A stretch of DNA of 64,000 nt from an uncultured Candidatus Saccharibacteria bacterium. GTDB taxonomy: Bacteria > Patescibacteriota > Saccharimonadia > CAZBQI01. Location: contig CAZBQI010000005.1 in assembly GCA_964494105.1 (NCBI GenBank), positions 10,646 through 74,645 of the forward strand, given 5' to 3'. This document shows, piece after piece, positions 39,534 through 49,868 of this stretch (position 1 is its first letter; each line of letters starts with the position of its first letter). The translations under genes were made by a program, and so were the position numbers. The notes beneath the pieces are model-generated. The model had not been told where the DNA came from. It was given only the letters and a program-made list of their open reading frames with translations, and ran no database searches.

Positions 39534-40841
39534 ATGGACCCACAACAGCAGCCACCAGCATCTGACCCTAGGCAACCTTATCCGCCAAACGACGGTAATG
39601 CTCCCTATGCTCCACCACCCATGCCGAATGATTATCTCCAACTGACCCAACAACCTCAACCTATACCTCAACCCTCGCAAGAGCCGGTCCAATCTAGTGC
39701 ACCCGACGCTTCACAGCAATATGCAGTTGATTGGGCCAGGGCTAAAGTAGAAGCAGCCCACACAAACGAAGTAGGGCAACCAGGCCCTACCGAAAACCAC
39801 GCATCCAGCCAATCGGAGCAGGTGCAAACTGCGCCTACTCTGCCTATAGCTCCAGTACCTCCGCCAACAGATCCGCAACCACCACAATCAACATATAGCC
39901 CACCCGAGGAATTCGAAACTTTCGAACTACCCGGTACTGTCGAAGCCACCCAGCCAACAGCGGAGCCTAGCAATTCACCTAAATTATCAGAGCAATCAGT
40001 TGAGCCCATTACACCCGTTAACAATCAGTCAGAATTAACGTTAGCCACCGCCACAGCTGAGCCGACACGCTCACCGCAAACCAGTCAAAAAATAGCTAGC
40101 AAGTTTGGTGGTTTTATCAAGGATGGCAAGCTACAAATACCACACCGCCTGCGACCGGTGGTCGGAGCCGTACTAAGTGGCTTTGCCGTTTTTGCTATTT
40201 TTAATTCCCAGGTGATTATTGGTCAAGTTCAGTACATTATTAATCCGGGAACAGGAACTGGTTCAAACGTAAGTGCTGCCCTAGATGAAACCGTTGGACC
40301 TGAACCGTTAATCATAATACCCAAAATAAATGTTAGCGCTCCGGTCGTTTACGATGTTACTACGTTTAGTGAACAGGCCGTACAAAAGGGTCTAGAGCGA
40401 GGAGTTGTTCATTATGGCAACACGGCCCTGCCTGGTCAGCTCGGGAATAACGTAATTGTTGGTCACTCAAGCAATAACTGGTGGGCAAGTGGTAAATATA
40501 AGTTCGCTTTCGTCCTATTAGAGAAACTCGAAGTTGGCGATACATTTATTCTAAATTACGAATCTAAGCGCTATGTTTACGAGATTACAACAAAAAAAGT
40601 AGTCGACCCCAAAGACACAAGTGTGCTTTCGCAAAGCACCGAGGTGCCGATTACAACACTCGTAACTTGTACGCCAATTGGTACTAGCCTGAACCGCTTA
40701 ATAATTGTTGGCAAACAGATTAGCCCAAAGCCGGGAACCGAAATAAGCCCAGTTGCAACGGCTGCACCAACAGCAAACGATAAGATCCTTCCCGGAAACA
40801 CACCATCAATTATCGACAAGGTACGCGAATGGTTTCGCTAA
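39534..40841 (+). CDS. Sortase with long Pro/Gln-rich N-terminal region
   Basis: IPKI, GHSS, TLVTCTP, RLII triad; TM before the catalytic domain. Confidence 0.92.
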   Translation: MDPQQQPPASDPRQPYPPNDGNAPYAPPPMPNDYLQLTQQPQPIPQPSQEPVQSSAPDASQQYAVDWARAKVEAAHTNEVGQPGPTENHASSQSEQVQTAPTLPIAPVPPPTDPQPPQSTYSPPEEFETFELPGTVEATQPTAEPSNSPKLSEQSVEPITPVNNQSELTLATATAEPTRSPQTSQKIASKFGGFIKDGKLQIPHRLRPVVGAVLSGFAVFAIFNSQVIIGQVQYIINPGTGTGSNVSAALDETVGPEPLIIIPKINVSAPVVYDVTTFSEQAVQKGLERGVVHYGNTALPGQLGNNVIVGHSSNNWWASGKYKFAFVLLEKLEVGDTFILNYESKRYVYEITTKKVVDPKDTSVLSQSTEVPITTLVTCTPIGTSLNRLIIVGKQISPKPGTEISPVATAAPTANDKILPGNTPSIIDKVREWFR

Positions 40842-40842
40842 G

Positions 40843-42231
40843 CTATTGTCGCATCTGGACTAATTGCAAAGTCGACTGATTGGTAACCGGGGAAGCGCCA
40901 ACAAAATAAATCATCTTCTGGGAATCAGCGCTAAAAGCAGAGAAACCTAACTGTGAATCGACTAGTATTTCTGGGTTACCCCCGTCATATTCGAACAACA
41001 TCACCGATTTACCAACCTTACCCAACAGGTGATGTCGACCAAACCAGGTAATATTACTCACCGGTTGACTACCCAAAGAAAACCGGTAGGTTTTTGAAAA
41101 TTCAAAATCTAGAGTGGCAAAATTTAGAGCACCATGAAGCAATAAGTAGCGGTTGTCTTTGCTCACGGTGAAATCAACGACATCAATCGATTTGTAAATC
41201 CTATATTCGGCATTTGGCTGGTCATCGCTTTCATAGATGCCAATGCGACGAGTTGATTTGTTGTGTAATACTATTTTTTGTTTTCCGCCATAATCAACAT
41301 AGCCTAAGCCAAAATCGTCTAATGGCAGTTTTTTAAGTAGAACATTGACGCTGCCGTCAGAATTAAGCCTTTGCAATTGTTTTTCAGCGCCAACGTTACG
41401 AATCATCACTACGGAACCTGGTATTGCTAAATGACTATTGAGATTGTCAGCAAGTACGGTCGATATGGCTTTTTTAGTTAATTCGATTCGTCGCAGACCC
41501 TCCGGACTTTGCCAATATAGTTCCTGCCAATTATCATAACTGAAGCTGAGGTTGTCGATCGGAAGATTGAATTCTTTTGATAAATCGAATACTTCGGCCG
41601 GATTGCTGATACTAGTCACGTAGTAAAGCAAACGGCCACCGCCTTCTGCTCGAATCATAATGTGCTCGTTATCACGTGCCCAGGTTGCACTACTAATGCG
41701 CGTACCCCCGGCATATAGTTCCGGCGCTAAACTAAATACACCACGGGACTTAGACTTGTTCACTTCCAGAATTTCAAGATTGCTGGAACTGCTGTTCTGG
41801 GCAATCGCTATGGCTTTTTGATTGGGGCTTTGAGAAAAAACCGAAGGATTATCGAGGCTAAGCACGTTATTCACCGAAAGATTATCAGGGACCAAAAATG
41901 GGTATTGCTGCCAAGAGACGGCGGACGGCTCAACTGAAATAAGCTTGTGCCAATCGCGATATCCCGCCTTCACCAGCTTAAGCTGGAAACGCCCAGCGGG
42001 TAGAGGTATGCGTTTTGGACTATTGCCTTTCGATTTGTTATCAATAAAAACATTAGCTTCGGCCGGCTCGCTTTTGACTAAAACAAGCCCACCTTCAGTT
42101 ATTTTGCCATTTCGCCAGTCAAAGACGTAGCCTTTTCCAATCAGTACTAATACGAAAGTGGCGCCAACAATTAAAGCAACTAGTGCAATATAGGCCACAA
42201 CAGAGGTTAACTGCTTTGCTTTTACTTTCAT
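40843..42231 (-). CDS. PEGA-domain membrane-anchored beta-propeller-like protein
   Basis: TM, then VKSEPAEANVFID..LPAG..K.GYRDW; repeated beta motifs. Confidence 0.82.
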   Translation of the reverse strand: MKVKAKQLTSVVAYIALVALIVGATFVLVLIGKGYVFDWRNGKITEGGLVLVKSEPAEANVFIDNKSKGNSPKRIPLPAGRFQLKLVKAGYRDWHKLISVEPSAVSWQQYPFLVPDNLSVNNVLSLDNPSVFSQSPNQKAIAIAQNSSSSNLEILEVNKSKSRGVFSLAPELYAGGTRISSATWARDNEHIMIRAEGGGRLLYYVTSISNPAEVFDLSKEFNLPIDNLSFSYDNWQELYWQSPEGLRRIELTKKAISTVLADNLNSHLAIPGSVVMIRNVGAEKQLQRLNSDGSVNVLLKKLPLDDFGLGYVDYGGKQKIVLHNKSTRRIGIYESDDQPNAEYRIYKSIDVVDFTVSKDNRYLLLHGALNFATLDFEFSKTYRFSLGSQPVSNITWFGRHHLLGKVGKSVMLFEYDGGNPEILVDSQLGFSAFSADSQKMIYFVGASPVTNQSTLQLVQMRQ

Positions 42232-42308
42232 GTGGGTACTAGTATACGCCTTCGAGTAGGTAGCCTGCTATGCCACCGATACGGTAAAAATGATTTATAC
42301 TATTAATC

Positions 42309-43316
42309 ATGTTTGCTAAGCGTATCGGGATAGATTTAGGTACAACAAAAACCCGTGTATATGTGCCAAAAAAGGGGATTGTGATTGATGAACCAAGCGT
42401 CGTGGCTCTTGATATCAGTAATAATACAGTCATGGCGATCGGCGTTGAAGCAGAAGAAATGCTAGGCCGAGCTCCGGATTCAATTCAGCTACACCACCCG
42501 ATTCAGGATGGCGTAATTGCTGACTTTTACGCAACTGAATCTATGCTAAAGCAATACATAAACCAGTCTATTGGTAGATTCCGACTCGTTAAGCCTGACG
42601 TGATGGTAAGTATTCCAGGCGGTGCCACCTCGACCGAGAAAAAAGCTGTGATCGACGCCGTTATGTCCGGTGGTGCCCGAAATGTATATATTATTCAGGA
42701 GCCAGTGGCTGCAGCCATTGGCGCACAAATACCCATAACTAACGCCTTAGGCAATATGGTTATTAATATCGGCGGAGGAACCACGGAAATCGCTGTTATT
42801 AGCTTGGGTGGCGTCGTAGCAAAGGCAAGTGTGAGGGTAGGTGGCAACAAAATTGATACTGCAATAGTCGAATATATGCGCCGGCAATACGGGCTTTCCA
42901 TTGGTGAGCGCACAGCAGAAGAAATCAAGCAGAAAATTGGTTCGGCAACAAACCCCAAAAAAGATATTCAGATGGCAGTAAAAGGTCGCGACATTAGTGC
43001 GGGTCTACCCAAGTCGGTTACTATTAGTAGTCGAGAAATAACACCGATTATTCAGGACGTTTTAGAGAAGATTGTTTTTAATATTCGCGCCGTTTTGGAA
43101 AAAACACCACCAGAGCTTGTTAGCGATATAATCGATCGCGGTATATTGCTTAGCGGGGGAGGATCTAGCTTAAAGAATTTAGACAAGCTATTTTCAAAAG
43201 TTTTTAATGTGCCAGTTTTTGTTGTTGATGATCCCACTAACTGCGTCATTAAAGGCACCGGATTGGCTCTAGAGAACTTAGTAGATTACCAGAAAAGCCT
43301 CCTTGCTAAGCCATGA
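42309..43316 (+). CDS. mreB: Rod shape-determining protein MreB/Mbl
   Basis: GIDLGT, EPSVVA, EPVAAAIGA, IGGGTTE, IGERTAE. Confidence 0.96.
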   Translation: MFAKRIGIDLGTTKTRVYVPKKGIVIDEPSVVALDISNNTVMAIGVEAEEMLGRAPDSIQLHHPIQDGVIADFYATESMLKQYINQSIGRFRLVKPDVMVSIPGGATSTEKKAVIDAVMSGGARNVYIIQEPVAAAIGAQIPITNALGNMVINIGGGTTEIAVISLGGVVAKASVRVGGNKIDTAIVEYMRRQYGLSIGERTAEEIKQKIGSATNPKKDIQMAVKGRDISAGLPKSVTISSREITPIIQDVLEKIVFNIRAVLEKTPPELVSDIIDRGILLSGGGSSLKNLDKLFSKVFNVPVFVVDDPTNCVIKGTGLALENLVDYQKSLLAKP

Positions 43317-43371
43317 TAATACCTCCTCAAAAAAACGATCTTAAATTGTCAACAAGCCAAGGAATTAGCTA

Positions 43372-44658
43372 ATGGGTGTTACACACACGAAAACTCTAAC
43401 AGCGAACATATTTCTGTATGCACTACTCGGCTTGCTAGCACTGCTACCATTTCATGCCTTCGCCACTACATGGCTCGGTACAATCGTCAATAATCGACCG
43501 CAACTGCAGAGTTGGAAAGAAATAGTAGTAATCGCCTTAGGCCTATATACCGTATTCTGGGCCATTCGCGACCGCTCCTTGGGTAGGTTTTTGCTCGAGA
43601 ATTCTCTAAATAAACTAATACTCGTATACATTGCACTTCACCTTGGCCTTAGCCTAATTATTCAGCCAGAACTTACTGCTAATTTGCACGGACTAAAAAT
43701 AAACTTAGAATTTCTGGTTCTATTTTTAGCTGCCCAGGCAGTTATCTGGCGAGCCCGCCCCGTCCATATAGACCGGAAAGTGGTCGACGTATTAATTGCC
43801 GGGGGGTTAGTGGTCTCGCTGTTTGGTTTAGCACAAGCGCTAATACTACCGCCGGATTTTTTAACTAATTTTGGTTACGGGCCAGGCACAATTAATCCGT
43901 TTTTGCCAATTGCCGATAACTCAGGCTTTTACCGCATTCTTTCAACACTGGGTGGCCCAAATCAACTCGGTCAATATCTTATACTGCCTTTTGTGTGTAT
44001 CTTATATAGATCTTTTCAAACCAAGAATAACTGGTGGTTTGCTCTAACCATTCCGGTGCTTGCTTGCATGTACTTTACTTATTCTCGTAGTGCTTGGGTT
44101 GGAGCGGTATTAGCTTTATGTGTAATTCTATTAGGGCACTTTGACTGGCGAAAGGTGACGTTGATTTTTAGCCTTGGCCTGGTCGCAATTGGCATAGTAG
44201 TAGCCTTATTCGCATCGAATTCATCAATAAATACGAAACTGTCTTATTTAGTATTCCACGGCAGCACGCCGGCGACTAGCGTTAGCAACAATGATCGCAT
44301 TCTGGCAATTCGTAGTGCAGTTAACGAAGTTATTGAGCAACCATTAGGGCGAGGTCCGGGTATGGCCGGTCCGGCATCGTTTTACCTGCAGAAACATACC
44401 GGAGTAATTAGCGAAAACTACTACTTACAAATAGCCATTGAAGTAGGAATATTAGGACTTATTTTTTTTATCACCATCCTGGTAATAGCAGGGTTAAGCT
44501 TAGCCAAATTACCGCCCGGCAACGCCTTGGCTCTACCGCTCCTCGCAACTCTTATAGGGTGGTCATTTATTAACCTGGTCTTGCATGGCTGGGCTGATAG
44601 CACCTCATCGCTTATTTGGTGGGGAAGTGCCGGTGCCATCATTAGGAACACAAAATGA
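43372..44658 (+). CDS. O-antigen ligase/Wzy-family membrane protein
   Basis: R..STLGGPN, TYSRSAW, PLGRGPG, ENYYLQIAIEVG. Confidence 0.88.
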   Translation: MGVTHTKTLTANIFLYALLGLLALLPFHAFATTWLGTIVNNRPQLQSWKEIVVIALGLYTVFWAIRDRSLGRFLLENSLNKLILVYIALHLGLSLIIQPELTANLHGLKINLEFLVLFLAAQAVIWRARPVHIDRKVVDVLIAGGLVVSLFGLAQALILPPDFLTNFGYGPGTINPFLPIADNSGFYRILSTLGGPNQLGQYLILPFVCILYRSFQTKNNWWFALTIPVLACMYFTYSRSAWVGAVLALCVILLGHFDWRKVTLIFSLGLVAIGIVVALFASNSSINTKLSYLVFHGSTPATSVSNNDRILAIRSAVNEVIEQPLGRGPGMAGPASFYLQKHTGVISENYYLQIAIEVGILGLIFFITILVIAGLSLAKLPPGNALALPLLATLIGWSFINLVLHGWADSTSSLIWWGSAGAIIRNTK

Positions 44659-45773
44659 CGCAACATAACAAAAGCCAACCAAAAATCGCTATTGTTCATG
44701 ACTGGCTCAACACAAAGCACGGTGGTGCCGAACGCGTGCTACTTGAGCTTGCAAAAATATACCCCGAAGCGCCAATCTTTACCTTGCTATATAACGAACA
44801 GAAGTTTGGCAAATTAATAGAGCCCGGCAGAATCCATTCATCTAAATTGCAAAATTATCCCCAATTTCTGCGTAATAGATCACGCTATCTACTGCCATTA
44901 ATACCGAAAGCCATCGAGGCTTTTGACCTTAGTGAATTCGACGTCGTTATTTCTAATTCAAGTGCTTTCGTAAAGAATGTTATTACTAAGCCCTCAACTA
45001 TACATATTTGCTATTGCAATAGTCCGATGCGATTTGCCTGGGATTATTGGCCAAGCTATATAAATGACCAAAACGTCGGCTCAGTACGCAAAGCTTTTAT
45101 ATCGAAGCAAATTAGCAAAATTCGACTTTGGGATTACTATGGTAGTGCTCGGGTAGATAAATGGATCGCAAATTCGAATCATGTGTCCAGACGCATTAAA
45201 AAATACTACCATCAAAACTCTGTGGTCATTTACCCTCCGGTTGATACGGAATCCTTCGCACACAATGACAAGAATAAGGGCAACTATTATGTCACCATGT
45301 CGGCTCATACCCCCTATAAGAGACTCGACCTGGCCATTGAAGCTTTCAATCAGCGAGGCGATACACTTATTATCCTGGGTGAAGGGCCTGAGCGATCTCG
45401 ACTAGAGAAACTCGCCAAGCCAAATATCGAATTTAAAGGCTATATAAGTGAACATGAACGCGAGAAGATTTTAGGTAGCGCAAAAGCTCTTATTTTTCCA
45501 AGTGAAGAGGATTTTGGTATAGCAATGGTAGAGGCATTGGCTGCAGGCACGCCAGTAGTCGCCTATAACAAGGGTGGTGCCCAAGAAATCGTAACCAATG
45601 GCAAGACGGGTATTCTATTCGACAAACAAACCACGCAGGCCCTAAACAAAGCTATCGACTCGCTGGCAGAAATCAACACTTCGTCATCCGAACTCCGGGC
45701 ATCGGCCAAAAGCTTTGATAAGAAAATCTTTAGTGAAAAAATTAGAACGTTTGTAAACGAGGCGATTAAATAA
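44655..45773 (+). CDS. GT4 glycosyltransferase
   Basis: HDWL..GGAERV, EEDFGIAMVEALAAG. Confidence 0.93.
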   Translation: MTQHNKSQPKIAIVHDWLNTKHGGAERVLLELAKIYPEAPIFTLLYNEQKFGKLIEPGRIHSSKLQNYPQFLRNRSRYLLPLIPKAIEAFDLSEFDVVISNSSAFVKNVITKPSTIHICYCNSPMRFAWDYWPSYINDQNVGSVRKAFISKQISKIRLWDYYGSARVDKWIANSNHVSRRIKKYYHQNSVVIYPPVDTESFAHNDKNKGNYYVTMSAHTPYKRLDLAIEAFNQRGDTLIILGEGPERSRLEKLAKPNIEFKGYISEHEREKILGSAKALIFPSEEDFGIAMVEALAAGTPVVAYNKGGAQEIVTNGKTGILFDKQTTQALNKAIDSLAEINTSSSELRASAKSFDKKIFSEKIRTFVNEAIK

Positions 45774-45774
45774 T

Positions 45775-46614
45775 ATGTCGACTCAAACCAAATTTCAAAA
45801 GATATCTCTGCTAGATATTGAGGTCGACAAACTCGGTATGTCTCAAGCCGCAGACGAAATATCCAGACTGATTAAGACCAAGAAAAGCTACTATATCGTT
45901 AAGCCTTATGTAGAGTTTTTTGATAAATCAAAACAGACCAACGAGACAAAATCACTCATTAACAATGCCTACTTATGCCTGCCCGATGGCGTTTCGCTAA
46001 ATTGGGCAGCCTATTACAAAAATAAAACTAATCGCCGAAGGCTAGATGTTGTTTCAAGCTTAGCTAAAATTGTGTTTTCACCGGCAGAACTGCATGTTGC
46101 ACTACCAAACCATTCATGGGGCACAAATTTTACCTACACTCTACTCAAGCAAGCCGAAGAGAAAGGACATACGGTATTTTTAGTCGGCTCTCCAAAAGCA
46201 AGCACAATTCTTAACACGAAAAAATACTTACTTAAGCACATGCCAAAGCTTAATATCGTAGGTACTTTTAACGGTAGGGACGGCCGAGTCGGTTATTTTA
46301 CAGAGGCTATGGAGGTTGAGTTAACTAAAATCATAAAATCTACCCAACCCGATATCGTACTGGTTGGACTGGGTTTTCCACTACAAGAAAGGGTAGTAGC
46401 TAAACTTGCAGGTAAATTTAAACACGGCGTTTTCATCGGTGAAGGTGGCACCTTTGACTTTACTAACTTTGGTGGCAAAATTTCTAAAGCGCCAATTGCC
46501 ATGCAACGAATGGGCCTGGAATGGCTTTGGAGGCTCTACAAAGAACCCAGTCGGCTCAAGCGTCAACTTGCAATTCCAAAATTCATATATGAGGTATACC
46601 GCTATTACAAATAG
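45775..46614 (+). CDS. WecB/TagA/CpsF (GT26) glycosyltransferase
   Basis: PDG, VGLGFPLQE, GGTFD, GLEWLWRL..EP.R. Confidence 0.93.
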   Translation: MSTQTKFQKISLLDIEVDKLGMSQAADEISRLIKTKKSYYIVKPYVEFFDKSKQTNETKSLINNAYLCLPDGVSLNWAAYYKNKTNRRRLDVVSSLAKIVFSPAELHVALPNHSWGTNFTYTLLKQAEEKGHTVFLVGSPKASTILNTKKYLLKHMPKLNIVGTFNGRDGRVGYFTEAMEVELTKIIKSTQPDIVLVGLGFPLQERVVAKLAGKFKHGVFIGEGGTFDFTNFGGKISKAPIAMQRMGLEWLWRLYKEPSRLKRQLAIPKFIYEVYRYYK

Positions 46615-46690
46615 ATAGCAATTGCAAATACCCAATATAAATTTTATGATAGTTCTAAGCGTAAGAGTTAATTCGTAAGGTAACAATAAA

Positions 46691-47785
46691 GTGCAATGTT
46701 CAAACTGCGGTAAGAAAAACAAAGTCATTCTAAACGGTAAATCCTATTGCGCGGATTGCGGTGAGCCTATGGGAAATCACAAACAGGCATCTGCCAAGCA
46801 AGCTGTTGGTCACATTGTAAAAAAAACCACCACCAATCGGGCGAATACAGTTGTAAATTTAAAGAAATCAAATCACTCTAATTTGCTCGATCTTTCAAAA
46901 ACCAGCAAGAAAACAGTGCCAAAACCTTCGCGTCCTGCTCAAAACATCCACGGAATTAGGAAAAACCAAACTCCACAAAAGATTCAAGCAACTCAAACGA
47001 AGCCACGAAAGACTATGGTGTCGCCAGCGTCCACTACTCGAAGCCAGCGCATGTCGCGGGCTAAATCAATAAAGCGCGTCGACAGTATCAAGAAGTTTAA
47101 TAGTGATTTTCTTACGAAATACGATTCCCCCAAAGCCATAACACCATTTAAGGCGAATATCGAAACGGAAATGCGTCCTCACGAAACATATCGGCTCGCG
47201 ACCAATGAACCCAGCACACCCTCAAAAGCTCTTGAAAAGCACCCAGCCATAGAGGACCTAGCCGAATTGCATAGAGAATCACAAAAGAAACGCCCAAGCC
47301 TAAAGCAACGCCTCGCGAGTATGTTTACGCATCCGCAATTTGCTACAGTTGCTGCGGTAGCTGCGTGTTTTTTGTTGCTAGCCGGTTTTGTAACCTACCT
47401 TAATTACCCCCGGCTATCTATTAGGGTTGCTACATCTAGGGCGGGGTTTGATGCTCAGCTACCAAGATATATTCCGGCAGGATACGGGTTTAGTAGTGAT
47501 GTGACGTCATCGAATGGTTTTATATCAATGCATTTCGATTCTCGTAGCGATGAAACCAGCCTAGCATTAACCCAGCGCCAGACAAATTGGGACTCAGCTT
47601 CGCTTTTAGAAAATTACGTAAAACCACGTAGCGAAAAATATTTGACCTTCCAACAAAATGGCCTAATTATTTACGTTTACAACGGGAACAACGCCGCATG
47701 GGTAAACAGCGGAATATTTTATGCGCTCGAAGGCAACAGTCGCCTATCTAGCGAACAGCTAATCAAAATAGCAACCAGCCTGTAA
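46691..47785 (+). CDS. Zn-ribbon + basic disordered linker + TM + DUF4367-like protein
   Basis: CxxC..CxxC N-terminus, K/S/T-rich linker, one TM, LPRYIPAGY..W..L...LIKIATSL. Confidence 0.7.
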   Translation: MQCSNCGKKNKVILNGKSYCADCGEPMGNHKQASAKQAVGHIVKKTTTNRANTVVNLKKSNHSNLLDLSKTSKKTVPKPSRPAQNIHGIRKNQTPQKIQATQTKPRKTMVSPASTTRSQRMSRAKSIKRVDSIKKFNSDFLTKYDSPKAITPFKANIETEMRPHETYRLATNEPSTPSKALEKHPAIEDLAELHRESQKKRPSLKQRLASMFTHPQFATVAAVAACFLLLAGFVTYLNYPRLSIRVATSRAGFDAQLPRYIPAGYGFSSDVTSSNGFISMHFDSRSDETSLALTQRQTNWDSASLLENYVKPRSEKYLTFQQNGLIIYVYNGNNAAWVNSGIFYALEGNSRLSSEQLIKIATSL

Positions 47786-47855
47786 TCCTTTCAGAAAGCG
47801 CTTCTGCTTGTCTAATGGATAAATTATTGTATTGTTATGAGTACTAGGAGTACAA

Positions 47856-48410
47856 ATGGGCGAATCAAAGAGTGCTACTGTCATAAATACCCTGCCTTCG
47901 CAGGGAGAATTTGTATACAACGCCGACAAAGCTTTGACGCGTCTATGGGGTGTATTTTTTAGAGGCTGGGACTACCCTGTAGTGTTAGATGAAGTAATAG
48001 ATAAATTACAGCAAAGATTAGTTGTTCCAGGAATAAACATTTCGCATAGCGCCATACCTGCAGTATCCCTAACAAGAGAGGCACAAAGAAATGGCGCAAC
48101 TTCAAAAGGGGTAGTCGAAATTGGTTTCCACACGCCTGTATCAGATACAATAGAGGGGCAGCCAATTTTACTTACCCTAGGAAATGGCTTTGCCACAGTA
48201 GAACATTTTTTTGACCATACCGAGAGACACCTAATGCTAACAGGCAGAATAAACACCTACGGCATGGCAGACGTAGAGATCGCATCGCCATACGCAGAGT
48301 TATTGCACCATGGCCTACCGAATGATACGTTCTCGATTAACACGCCTAATTACAAATTGTCAATGGCAGTTGCAGGCGTGAATACTTTCATGCAAGTAGC
48401 ATCTCAATAA
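47856..48410 (+). CDS. Orphan hypothetical protein
   Basis: 184-aa ORF with AGGAG RBS. Confidence 0.6.
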   Translation: MGESKSATVINTLPSQGEFVYNADKALTRLWGVFFRGWDYPVVLDEVIDKLQQRLVVPGINISHSAIPAVSLTREAQRNGATSKGVVEIGFHTPVSDTIEGQPILLTLGNGFATVEHFFDHTERHLMLTGRINTYGMADVEIASPYAELLHHGLPNDTFSINTPNYKLSMAVAGVNTFMQVASQ

Positions 48411-48435
48411 AATCAGTCTTGCTATAATCTTTAGT

Positions 48436-49851
48436 ATGAGTGAAATCCGAACACGCTTTGCCGTGAGCCCAACCGGTATGATCCACATAGGCGCTGTAAG
48501 AAGCGCCATTTATGATTGGCTCTTTGCCAAAAATCAAAAGGGCAAACTTATTCTGCGTATAGAAGATACCGATAAGGCTCGTGAGGTTGAGGGCGGCGTC
48601 CAAAACATTATTGATTCGCTAAAATGGCTTGGACTCACATGGGACGAGGGGCCAGATGTTGGTGGAGAACATAAACCATACACGCAATCCGAGCGCCTGG
48701 ATATCTACAAAAAATACGCTCAAGAGTTAATAGATAAGGGCTACGCCTATGCCGATCCATATACACCCGAAGAAGTAGAAGCATTTCGTAGAGAAGCGCA
48801 GGCATCCAAAAAGCCTTTTCTGTACCGCAACCACCGGCCTGAGAACCCACCAAAATGGGACGGCAAACAGCCACTACGCTTGCGTGTTCCTGAGCTCAAA
48901 AGCTATAGTTGGAACGATGTAGTGAGGGGTAAACTTTCGGCCGGCCCGGAAGCCCTTGACGATATTGTGCTAATAAAAAGCGACGGCTACCCAACCTATA
49001 ATTTTTGCCACATTGTCGATGACCAGCTAATGGACATTACTCACGTACTGAGAGCCGATGAATTTATAGCCTCAGTGCCGAAGTACCTAAGTATTTACGA
49101 AGCCTTTGGCTGGAAACCACCGAAATTTGCCACACTACCGCCAATTCTTGGCAAGGACGGCAACAAAAAACTCAGCAAGCGGGACGGTGCGCAGTCAGTG
49201 CTCGATTATCGTGATTTGGGTTACTTGCCGGAAGCCATTATTAACTTCCTGGTACTGCTTGGCTGGAATGACGGCACTGAACAAGAAATTTTCACTCCGT
49301 CTGAATTAGCTCAGAAGTTTTCATTGGATCGCATTCAAAAAAGCCCAGCCAGGTTCGACCAAGATCGACTAGACTGGATTAGCTCACAGCATATTCGTAA
49401 ACTCACGATTGATGAGCTACTAGAAAAATCATCAGATTTTTGGCCAAAGGATAGTAAAGAAACCAATAAAGCCATCATGAGACGCATTCTCACCATCGAA
49501 CAGGAGCGCCTAAAGAATTTTAGCGAGCTCAAATTATTGCCAGAATTCTACTTTCAGCCGCCACCCTTAACAGCTAGCGACTTAACTCAAATCTCGGCTC
49601 AGGAGCTCAAGTTATGGCTACAGCAAGTATGCAAAATTATTATGGCTAACGGAACAGAAGATAGAGAAAAACTTGAAAAACAGATACGTGAAGCAATCGG
49701 CAAGCAATCAGCAAAACCCGGAGTACTATTTGGAGTTCTACGGATAGCGCTCACCAATGCTGATCGCACGCCGCCCATCTGGGATTTGGCCTTTATTCTT
49801 GGGCAAAATGAAACTATTAGTCGCCTTGAGAAAGCCGGAGCGCTATTGTAA
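48436..49851 (+). CDS. gltX: Glutamate--tRNA ligase
   Basis: RTRFAVSPTG.IHIG, RIEDTD, YPTYNF, KLSKR. Confidence 0.97.
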   Translation: MSEIRTRFAVSPTGMIHIGAVRSAIYDWLFAKNQKGKLILRIEDTDKAREVEGGVQNIIDSLKWLGLTWDEGPDVGGEHKPYTQSERLDIYKKYAQELIDKGYAYADPYTPEEVEAFRREAQASKKPFLYRNHRPENPPKWDGKQPLRLRVPELKSYSWNDVVRGKLSAGPEALDDIVLIKSDGYPTYNFCHIVDDQLMDITHVLRADEFIASVPKYLSIYEAFGWKPPKFATLPPILGKDGNKKLSKRDGAQSVLDYRDLGYLPEAIINFLVLLGWNDGTEQEIFTPSELAQKFSLDRIQKSPARFDQDRLDWISSQHIRKLTIDELLEKSSDFWPKDSKETNKAIMRRILTIEQERLKNFSELKLLPEFYFQPPPLTASDLTQISAQELKLWLQQVCKIIMANGTEDREKLEKQIREAIGKQSAKPGVLFGVLRIALTNADRTPPIWDLAFILGQNETISRLEKAGALL

Positions 49852-49868
49852 AATCAGGAAATATTCCT

